Below the pieces are notes generated by a model. It saw only the letters and a program-made list of their open reading frames with translations. It ran no database searches and was not told the DNA's origin. A program made the position numbers and the translations under genes. Below are positions 1-6,436 of a DNA stretch of 64,000 nucleotides, in pieces. The stretch comes from an uncultured Christensenella sp. Lineage in GTDB: Bacteria > Bacillota > Clostridia > Christensenellales > UBA1242. The stretch lies in contig CAOJZM010000006.1 of NCBI GenBank assembly GCA_948466185.1, positions 11,448 to 75,447 of the forward strand, written 5' to 3'. The first letter of the stretch is position 1; each line of letters begins with the position of its first letter.

Positions 1-17
1 TTTACTATCTCAAGATT

Positions 18-209
18 GTGGACTCATGGGTATGTATTATTTGTTTAAGTTATAGTATGGGAATATCCTTCATAATGAACTCCTCTTATCAAGAATTGCA
101 TGACTCAAAAACGTGGCGTAGATTAAATATGATACTGGGAATTCTATTTTTCTTGATAACAATTGGAATCATTATTTACGCATTTGCGTCAAAGAATATA
201 AGATTTTAA
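18..209 (+). CDS. small membrane protein, possibly the C-terminal end of a longer ORF running off the left edge
   Basis: ORF track. The frame stays open back to nt 3 with no upstream stop and the listed start is GTG. C-terminal hydrophobic helix ILGILFFLITIGIIIYAF. A hairpin terminator follows. Confidence 0.3.
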   Translation: MDSWVCIICLSYSMGISFIMNSSYQELHDSKTWRRLNMILGILFFLITIGIIIYAFASKNIRF

Positions 210-211
210 AT

Positions 212-245
212 AAAAAAACTTTGCATGCCTGCAAAGCTTTTTTTA
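212..245. terminator. bidirectional rho-independent terminator
   Basis: 7-bp stem ctttgca/tgcaaag (219-225/230-236) with a 4-nt loop. An A-run lies upstream and a T-run downstream, between convergent ORFs. Confidence 0.6.
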
Positions 246-1241
246 TCGTATCCCTTCAATTCTATATACAAAGTAAAGGGCGTTCCCTTTTTCACGGGTA
301 AATTCTATTGCGCCAGTTGTGGCATTGACCTCATAATAACCAGCTTGGTTGACAACCACCTTGTTTTTTGTGGCTGGAATTGTTATCTTTAGGTACCAAA
401 ATTTATTCAAGCCCACGCTTGCATTATGCAATGTGACATCAGTAAACTTTCGAGTTTCAAGATAGGAGATAGCAACAGCGTCGTTTTTGTTTAAAGCACC
501 ATATACAATAATTTTCTTGTATTGGGTGAGATCAACACTGAACTGTGCACCACCGACCATTCCTGTTGTAAAACCACGATTGATATTTGGGTCTGTGCTT
601 GCACTATCATAAATAAGATCAACAACTTCGCCCGAGCCCGAAGATCCTCCAGAAAGCCCCTCAATTTGTGATATTATGTTGGCGATTTCTTGGTCGGTGC
701 TGGATTTCCAATTTGAAATATTAGTTATATTTGTTTGCATGGTTTCTATTTTAGCGGTGTTTTCATTCATCGTTGTGTTAAGAGAAGAAAGAGAACTATT
801 CATTGTGTTTATTGAATTTTCAACGTTTAAAATTTTATTGCTATTTATGTTTATTAAACTGGTTAAATTATCAAGTTCATTTTCGAGGCTGGTAATATTA
901 CTTTCGCATTGATTTATCCTTGCAGTATTGGAAGAGATGTTGCTTGTGTTGGAGGTTATATTGGAAGCATTTGAGGCAATGTTATTTGCGTTTGTTGTTA
1001 TATTTGCAGCGTTTGAATCAATCTTACCGGAATTTGTTGTCATCTGCTCTGACAAGGATGATATACTTGCACTGTTCTTTGCAATGCTTTCGGTATTGTT
1101 TTCAACAAGCTGTTTTAATCCTTTTATATCACTCCCGCCACCAATAAGGGCTTTTAAAGAAGGTATGGTCACCTTAGCGATATACCATACCTCTTTTTTT
1201 ATTTGCTCCACTGCGTTTTCAAGTTGTTTTAAATCTTGCAT
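243..1241 (-). CDS. heptad-repeat fibre-like protein (coiled-coil stalk, Gly/Ser linker, beta-rich C-terminal domain); phage tail-fibre or adhesin-like
   Basis: 332-aa ORF. Residues ~75-185 form continuous heptads (SNAANIT TNANNIA SNASNIT SNTSNIS ...), followed by GGSSGSG and a ~110-aa globular tail. No signal peptide. Confidence 0.6.
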   Translation of the reverse strand: MQDLKQLENAVEQIKKEVWYIAKVTIPSLKALIGGGSDIKGLKQLVENNTESIAKNSASISSLSEQMTTNSGKIDSNAANITTNANNIASNASNITSNTSNISSNTARINQCESNITSLENELDNLTSLININSNKILNVENSINTMNSSLSSLNTTMNENTAKIETMQTNITNISNWKSSTDQEIANIISQIEGLSGGSSGSGEVVDLIYDSASTDPNINRGFTTGMVGGAQFSVDLTQYKKIIVYGALNKNDAVAISYLETRKFTDVTLHNASVGLNKFWYLKITIPATKNKVVVNQAGYYEVNATTGAIEFTREKGNALYFVYRIEGIR

Positions 1242-1294
1242 ATTAAACTCCTTTTTTTAGGAGTGTATCACAGCCAAGATTTGTTTTTCAAGGT

Positions 1295-1912
1295 TTACTG
1301 CCGTTTTGTTTTCTTCATAAACATCAAAAGGAAGATAATGGTTAGACAGGAGATTATCACGACTATACCAGTAATCAACCCTGCGTTTACGCCATAAGGT
1401 GAAACGTCACGGGTTTGCATATATCCGTAATACAAGTTGCCATCTTCTAAAACAATAGCTACAGCGTTAAATACTTCCTTGGAGTCAAACCCCTCATAAA
1501 AGTAAATTCCTTGGCCTTGTTTTGCAACAAATTGAGAGGGATTTTTTTCGAGGTCATATATAATCGCACCTTCGTTCAACACCGAACCATTAAACACAGG
1601 GTAGACTTCCTGCTCCAAACTGGCATAAGTGACATAGTAACGGTATACAAATCCTTCAATAAGGTTGTTATCTTTATCCACACTGATTTTAATAAAGTCC
1701 AAGGAGGAATCATCATTAAGCACAGATAATATTGTTCCGTGGGGAAAAGAAAGGGGAGATTCGTCAATTAAAATAGGGTTTTCAAAGGAAGCATCTTCAT
1801 AGACAATGCAAGAGGTTGCCACAACACTGACTGTCGCTGGCTCAGCATAGACAAAGTTTGAAAACATCATTAAAAAGCATAATAACAATTTCATAACAAC
1901 ATTATTGGGCAA
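1295..1912 (-). CDS. secreted, C-terminally membrane-anchored protein with two SH3b-like beta repeats (the repeat assignment is inference)
   Basis: Signal-like N-terminus MKLLLCFLMMFSNFVYAEP and C-terminal TM GLITGIVVIISCLTIIFLLMF followed by KKTKRQ. The listed start is TTG at 1912; an ATG at 1894 is an alternative. Confidence 0.55.
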   Translation of the reverse strand: MPNNVVMKLLLCFLMMFSNFVYAEPATVSVVATSCIVYEDASFENPILIDESPLSFPHGTILSVLNDDSSLDFIKISVDKDNNLIEGFVYRYYVTYASLEQEVYPVFNGSVLNEGAIIYDLEKNPSQFVAKQGQGIYFYEGFDSKEVFNAVAIVLEDGNLYYGYMQTRDVSPYGVNAGLITGIVVIISCLTIIFLLMFMKKTKRQ

Positions 1913-1944
1913 AATATTTTTTTTGTCAAGAAGATTTGATTAAA

Positions 1945-1978
1945 AATGAAAAAAGCATATCAAAGTGATATGCTTTTT
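1945..1978 (-). terminator. rho-independent terminator downstream of 1977..2741
   Basis: 10-bp stem aagcatatca/tgatatgctt (1953-1962/1966-1975). A T-run follows on the minus strand. Confidence 0.65.
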
Positions 1979-2741
1979 AAGTTTCTAAAATTTCGCTTTC
2001 TTTTTGTTCTGTACGTTGGTTTTTCCATGCTTGCAAAAACACCTCGTCCAAAATCTCAACTGCACATTCTTTTGCATCGTATTTTCCTTTGTTGAGCCAA
2101 GGAGCAATCGCGTGTGCATTAGTTAATGTTATATCAGCTTCGAAATTTTCTAGCTTTTCAATGTTTTTTTCAATAAACTCACTACGTTTTTGCGCGGAAG
2201 TTTTAACTTTTTCATCTGTTACATCAAGGTCAAATCTTTTTGCTTCAACTTTTGCCATACCTTCTTCACCTAAATAAGCACCAGCAATTTTTACAGTGGT
2301 GCAATTATTTGGTAGCAGTGTTTTTAAAGTTTCTGCCATTTCAACACTTCCTGTTGTCAAAATAACCAATTTACCGGTTTTTAATAATGTTTCTATTTCT
2401 TTTGAACTATACGCAACTGTTTGGGAACCATAAACAGTATATCTTAAATCAAATTCGGATGGAATATCATTCACACTCTCAACGCAAACAACATTTTCAG
2501 TGTCGTCTTTTCTACGATTCCTTACTTTATAAATCGTAGGATAGACAACTTCGTCAATTTTGAGCAATTCTTTTTCTTCCGGAATTGGCTCGATATATTC
2601 TATTTCGCCAGTTTTTGGGTTTTCCCCACTTCTCCAAAAGTGTATTTTTTTATATCGGTCAAATTCTGATTCAATTTGTTTAGCATAATAGTCTTTACCC
2701 ATTTGAGAAATTGACACAATAACAACTAGTTGACCAACCAT
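1977..2741 (-). CDS. hypothetical protein with a degenerate P-loop-like N-terminus
   Basis: 254-aa ORF. VVIVSISQMGKDY resembles a decayed Walker A motif (GxxxxGK[ST]). I recognised no other motif. Confidence 0.5.
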   Translation of the reverse strand: MVGQLVVIVSISQMGKDYYAKQIESEFDRYKKIHFWRSGENPKTGEIEYIEPIPEEKELLKIDEVVYPTIYKVRNRRKDDTENVVCVESVNDIPSEFDLRYTVYGSQTVAYSSKEIETLLKTGKLVILTTGSVEMAETLKTLLPNNCTTVKIAGAYLGEEGMAKVEAKRFDLDVTDEKVKTSAQKRSEFIEKNIEKLENFEADITLTNAHAIAPWLNKGKYDAKECAVEILDEVFLQAWKNQRTEQKESEILET

Positions 2742-2836
2742 AAATTACTCCTATATAATTATTATAGCACCTCTCAATATTTTAGTCAAGTTCTAACTTT
2801 TAGTCAAGAAAAATACATTTATAAAAGAGGTATATT

Positions 2837-3019
2837 ATGTTTTTAACAATCAAGAAAAAGACAATTACTGCTTTTCTGCTATGCGTTATAGCAGTTGGTA
2901 CATTTTGTGCCACATATTTTCCTATCAAAGCCAGTGCAACTCCAAAACCGGTGCACACCATTGTGATTGACGCAGGCCATGGCGGAATTGATGTCAAATT
3001 AGGACACATATGTTTTTGA
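2837..3019 (+). pseudogene. truncated 5' fragment of a cwlD-like N-acetylmuramoyl-L-alanine amidase
   Basis: Encodes MFLTIKKKTITAFLLCVIAVGTFCATYFPIKASATPKPVHTIVIDAGHGG, colinear with the N-terminus of the intact gene at 6437. It then leaves the amidase sequence and stops. Good SD (AAAAGAGG) upstream. Confidence 0.7.
2840..2986 (+). repeat. left copy of a diverged 147-bp direct repeat (cwlD 5' end)
   Basis: Aligns without gaps to 6449-6595. The 3' ~85 nt are nearly identical and the 5' part is more diverged. Confidence 0.8.
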
Positions 3020-3090
3020 AATGTAAAGAAAAAGATGCACCTTAAATAGTGCACCTTATATTTATTATTGTAGCCAATATTTTTCTTTTA

Positions 3091-3543
3091 TTAAGTATCT
3101 TGTAAGAAATCTGTGCTTGTTACATCTTTCCAAACATCACTTAACAAAAACCCGTTTAATTTAGCATTTTTTGAAAAATCTTCTATGTTGTTATAAAATT
3201 GCTTTTCGCCACTTTGTATATTTAACAATGCAATTTTATTTTTTGAATCATCAAATAATACTCCATATCGTGAATGATTAAGTGTAAATTCGACTTCTCC
3301 ATAATTTTTATAAACATTGACAAAATCATCAAAATTAGCTAATGTTGCAGGCTTGCCATTATTATATTGTTTAATTGCATTGTTTAAACATGGTATATTT
3401 CTTATTCCTGCGACATTAGGATGTTGAAAAGATTCTTCTGATTGTCGCCAGCCACAATTTTTACATTCCCCATTTCCCCATTTGTCTATTTCAATTACCA
3501 AATTGCAAACATCGCATTTGACTTTTATATTTTCTTTACTCAT
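3091..3543 (-). CDS. Zn-ribbon (CPCC-like CxxC...CxNCGW) protein, candidate immunity/antidote module, copy 2
   Basis: Paralog of 3946..4416. ATG at 3543 lies 7 nt after AAGGAG, and that SD overlaps the stop of the upstream small gene. The ORF-track start at 3561 is TTG and falls inside the upstream gene. Confidence 0.6.
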   Translation of the reverse strand: MSKENIKVKCDVCNLVIEIDKWGNGECKNCGWRQSEESFQHPNVAGIRNIPCLNNAIKQYNNGKPATLANFDDFVNVYKNYGEVEFTLNHSRYGVLFDDSKNKIALLNIQSGEKQFYNNIEDFSKNAKLNGFLLSDVWKDVTSTDFLQDT

Positions 3544-3554
3544 ATTTTTCTCCT

Positions 3555-3830
3555 TTAACAAAAAGAATTATCGACATTACAATGGTCTTCACATCTTTGA
3601 GGACCTTTTATATCATTCCACGTCCAATAATGGTCATGTGGGCGTGGATAACCATGATTATAGTCTCTATTATGTATAACCCATCCATCGGGACCATACC
3701 ATCGTTGCTGTATAAGTTCTTCTTTGTCATTGTATAAATCGATTCTTGTATTAGGTGTACTTTTACGAGGCAAACTGCCTAATTTCCCAATTCTGTTTTC
3801 TATTCCACCACTTGGTTTACACATTCCCAT
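3555..3830 (-). CDS. small His/Trp-rich protein, candidate toxin module, copy 2 (orphan cassette)
   Basis: 91 aa and a paralog of 4428..4745. Shared motifs are MGMCKPSGG, TPNTR, ELIQQRWYGPDG and PHDHxWxW. SD GGAGG upstream. Confidence 0.6.
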   Translation of the reverse strand: MGMCKPSGGIENRIGKLGSLPRKSTPNTRIDLYNDKEELIQQRWYGPDGWVIHNRDYNHGYPRPHDHYWTWNDIKGPQRCEDHCNVDNSFC

Positions 3831-3902
3831 TATAGCACCTCCTGTGGCAAAAGTTCAAATGGTTTTGAAGCGGTGTTTTTTTGTCGAAATGAGTATGTTA
3901 TT

Positions 3903-3936
3903 TTATAAAAAAGCATATCACTTGATATGCTTTTAA
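3903..3936 (-). terminator. rho-independent terminator between cassette 1 and cassette 2
   Basis: Stem aagcatatca/tgatatgctt (3911-3920/3923-3932) with a T-run following on the minus strand. Near-identical to the hairpin at 1953-1975 but in inverted orientation. Confidence 0.6.
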
Positions 3937-3945
3937 TACATCTTT

Positions 3946-4416
3946 TTACATATATTTTGGATTTTCGACTTCATCCCAAATATCTCTAACAAATTTACCA
4001 TCAATCTTTGCATTTTGAATAAAGTCTTCTTTGTCTTTGAAATAAGAAATTTCATTATCTTTTGGTCCCCAGCCCATTTCAATTTTAGATATTTCACCAT
4101 TTTTATCATGAATAAGAAATAAGCCGCAATCTTTATTTTTATAACTAAATTCTACTTCGCTATAAACATAAAGCATTTCCATAAATTCGTGCAAGTTTGG
4201 TTTTAAAGGCTTTCCTTCTTTATATAGTAGTTTAGCTTTGTTTAATGAAATTACATTTGAAAAAATGACTTTATCAGGATATTCACTATACAATTTGCCA
4301 TTATACCAGCCACAATTTAAACATTCACCCTGATCGTAAATATCAGCCATAAATTTATGCCCGCAAACTGCGCATTTTTTTTCAAAAATTTTATCATATA
4401 TATTTTTATTTTTCAT
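3946..4416 (-). CDS. Zn-ribbon (CPCC-like) protein, candidate immunity/antidote module, copy 1
   Basis: CAVCGHKF...GECLNCGW ribbon followed by a ~110-aa domain. ATG at 4416 is preceded by AAGGAG, which overlaps the stop of 4428..4745. Confidence 0.6.
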   Translation of the reverse strand: MKNKNIYDKIFEKKCAVCGHKFMADIYDQGECLNCGWYNGKLYSEYPDKVIFSNVISLNKAKLLYKEGKPLKPNLHEFMEMLYVYSEVEFSYKNKDCGLFLIHDKNGEISKIEMGWGPKDNEISYFKDKEDFIQNAKIDGKFVRDIWDEVENPKYM

Positions 4417-4427
4417 TTTTGCTCCTT

Positions 4428-4745
4428 TTAGCAATAAGAATTGTTTGTATCTTCACCATTTGGACCTTTGTATAAAGGTCTTTGCCTTCCTGGTGGCTTC
4501 GTCCAATCCCAACGATGATCATGAGGAAAGGTATGGTTATGATTAGGATCATTATGTTTCCAGTCTCTGTCCCACAAATTTCTTCCGTCAGGACCATACC
4601 ATCTTTGTTGTATTAATTCGTCTGGATTATCTATATCATACATGTCTGTTCTTGTATTAGGGGTGCAAAATGAACCCGGTATATTTTGTCCTACTTTACC
4701 ATATATTGGGGCATTTATCCCGCCACTTGGTTTACACATTCCCAT
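4428..4745 (-). CDS. small His/Trp-rich protein, candidate toxin module, copy 1
   Basis: 105 aa. Its start overlaps the HNH gene stop (TAATG). Same conserved motifs as the 91-aa paralog, with a divergent C-terminus. Confidence 0.6.
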   Translation of the reverse strand: MGMCKPSGGINAPIYGKVGQNIPGSFCTPNTRTDMYDIDNPDELIQQRWYGPDGRNLWDRDWKHNDPNHNHTFPHDHRWDWTKPPGRQRPLYKGPNGEDTNNSYC

Positions 4746-5563
4746 TATAGCACCTCCTGTGACAAAAGTTCAAAGATTTTTGAAATAGTTTCTCCGCCGA
4801 TACCAATCAATTTAAAATTTAGTTGGTTACCAGTCAAATCTTTTACTTTCAGTTTTGTTGTGAATAATCCGGCGGTGTGATATTTTGTTTGTATCTTTTC
4901 CCCATCTAAATACCATTCAATTTTGTCAGTAAACAATGATTTTATCTGTATAGTCCCTTGATAATTGTTAACCTCAATTGAAACAACTTTTGGTGCACCA
5001 ATTAAATTATCATTTCTTTTTATATCGAATAAAGTTTTTGTTTCGCTATATGAAAGCTTATCCCAGTCTACATTCTCATAAGGATTTTTGATTAGTGGGA
5101 TATCGTTTTGTTTTATGTCTATATCTTTGCCGCCAAATTTTTCTAAATCAGCAACGATTTTCCATCTGAAAACTTTATTTCTTTCTTCATATTCAAGCAA
5201 AGCTTTGTTAAGATGAGATGCAAACTGCATTTCTGAGCAGTTGTTTACTTTTAAAAAATGCTTTTGTGCTTCTTCACCAAAGCCGAGTCTAACAGAGTTT
5301 TTAAAATGTTTTACCCCGTGACAATGAGAGCAAATTGCCTTGATATACTTTAATGTTTGTGTTTTGTTTTTTATATCAAAGTCCCATTCTTCATGCGCAT
5401 CGAGGTCGTCGGTTTCATACCCGCAAATTTCACATTTCCCTTTTGCTCTCTTTAATGCAAAAGTTCTTAGTTTGTCCCAATCTTTTTTAGACAGAGTTTT
5501 ACTAAAATCATTATTCCAAGCACCTTTTGGGAGCATATTTATTGTTAATCTTAATTCTTCCAT
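4745..5563 (-). CDS. HNH endonuclease-domain protein with a beta-rich C-terminal half
   Basis: CEICGYETDDLDAHEEWDF ... ICSHCHGVKHF forms a CxxC...HE...CxxCH HNH-type motif. SD AGGAG overlaps the DUF4417 stop codon. Confidence 0.7.
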   Translation of the reverse strand: MEELRLTINMLPKGAWNNDFSKTLSKKDWDKLRTFALKRAKGKCEICGYETDDLDAHEEWDFDIKNKTQTLKYIKAICSHCHGVKHFKNSVRLGFGEEAQKHFLKVNNCSEMQFASHLNKALLEYEERNKVFRWKIVADLEKFGGKDIDIKQNDIPLIKNPYENVDWDKLSYSETKTLFDIKRNDNLIGAPKVVSIEVNNYQGTIQIKSLFTDKIEWYLDGEKIQTKYHTAGLFTTKLKVKDLTGNQLNFKLIGIGGETISKIFELLSQEVL

Positions 5564-5572
5564 TTTTTGCTC

Positions 5573-6310
5573 CTAAATTTCAGGGTATAACTCACCAGCG
5601 AGTTTCTTTTTCATAAATTCAGCAAGTCCAATTTTTTTGATAAGTTCCTCACTGTTATATGGGTCAATTGCTTTAATATTTCCTTTCATTTCCTCAAAAG
5701 GAGTTCCATAGCAAATTATTGCACTTGGTTTAATTTTTTCCATCATGATTTCATAACCCTCCATGAAGCCTTTTTTGTTATCTTCTCTTGTGTAAGTTGA
5801 GACTGCTACGATAGAGCCTTCTTCAACGCCATCACAAAAGAAATCAAAACAGCCATAAGAGCCCCAAGAAATTGTTGGAATTACAAGCATGCCTTGCTTT
5901 TGCCAAAACGCACCGCACCAACGATTCTTGAAAACACTATCAATTTGTCTTGCAAGTGGCATATCTTTGTAGGTGCTAAATTCAGGAGTGAGCAAAGCAA
6001 AATATTGGTCTAGTTTTTCAAGACTTTGTTCTGCTTTGTCATAAACCGATTCAAAGTTCCAATCGTATGTAAAGAAATGTATTGTTTTATTTTTATTTTC
6101 CGCATCGTTTTCTTTTATTTTTAAAAAACTAAGAAGTTCTATCTTTTCTAAATCAATATTTTGTTTTTTGATAAGTGGCATTCCATATTTGCCACATTTT
6201 TCAAACTCGTTTCTTACAAGTTTTTGTTTCTTTTTTCGCTTTTCTTCATCATAGTCGACTTGGCTGTCGTCATTAGAAAATAGCGAACTTAGTTGTTCGT
6301 TTTTTATCAT
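5573..6310 (-). CDS. DUF4417-like protein
   Basis: Motif string HFFTYDWNFE ... TPEFSTYKDMPLARQI ... NRWCGAFWQKQG ... VIPTISW matches my memory of DUF4417. SD AAGGAG upstream. Confidence 0.6.
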   Translation of the reverse strand: MIKNEQLSSLFSNDDSQVDYDEEKRKKKQKLVRNEFEKCGKYGMPLIKKQNIDLEKIELLSFLKIKENDAENKNKTIHFFTYDWNFESVYDKAEQSLEKLDQYFALLTPEFSTYKDMPLARQIDSVFKNRWCGAFWQKQGMLVIPTISWGSYGCFDFFCDGVEEGSIVAVSTYTREDNKKGFMEGYEIMMEKIKPSAIICYGTPFEEMKGNIKAIDPYNSEELIKKIGLAEFMKKKLAGELYPEI

Positions 6311-6352
6311 CTTTTTCTCCTTTTATTTCAAAAGACTTTTTGTCTTTAAAAT

Positions 6353-6381
6353 AAATTATCATGAGAATTTTAAGCTTTCAA
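6353..6381 (-). promoter_or_regulatory. candidate promoter for the islet operon
   Basis: On the minus strand: TTGAAA, a 17-nt spacer, then (TGa)TAATTT. The -10 element is weak. Confidence 0.3.
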
Positions 6382-6436
6382 GGAAGAATGCCAACTTTTT
6401 GTGATATTTAGAAATTTTATCAAATAAAATATCTTG

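Noticed and set aside
676-1260. Plus-strand ORFs 676..912, 920..1147 and 928..1260 opposite the fibre-like gene
   Set aside because: They are antisense products of the 21-nt repeat region and overlap each other in different frames. They have no ribosome-binding sites. The minus-strand ORF has the coherent heptad structure.
2800-3054. An 84-aa minus-strand ORF here and its look-alike at 6370..6624
   Set aside because: They resemble each other only because both are antisense to the duplicated cwlD 5' end, so they are a by-product of the repeat rather than a gene family.
4428-5563. Possibility that the HNH ORF and the 105-aa ORF are one gene split by a frameshift or read-through
   Set aside because: The junction is a clean TAATG stop/start overlap with an SD (GGAGG) in place. 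The same SD and ATG are conserved in the orphan copy, where no upstream ORF exists. Two separate coupled genes is the simpler reading, and I kept the fusion idea only as a homolog search.
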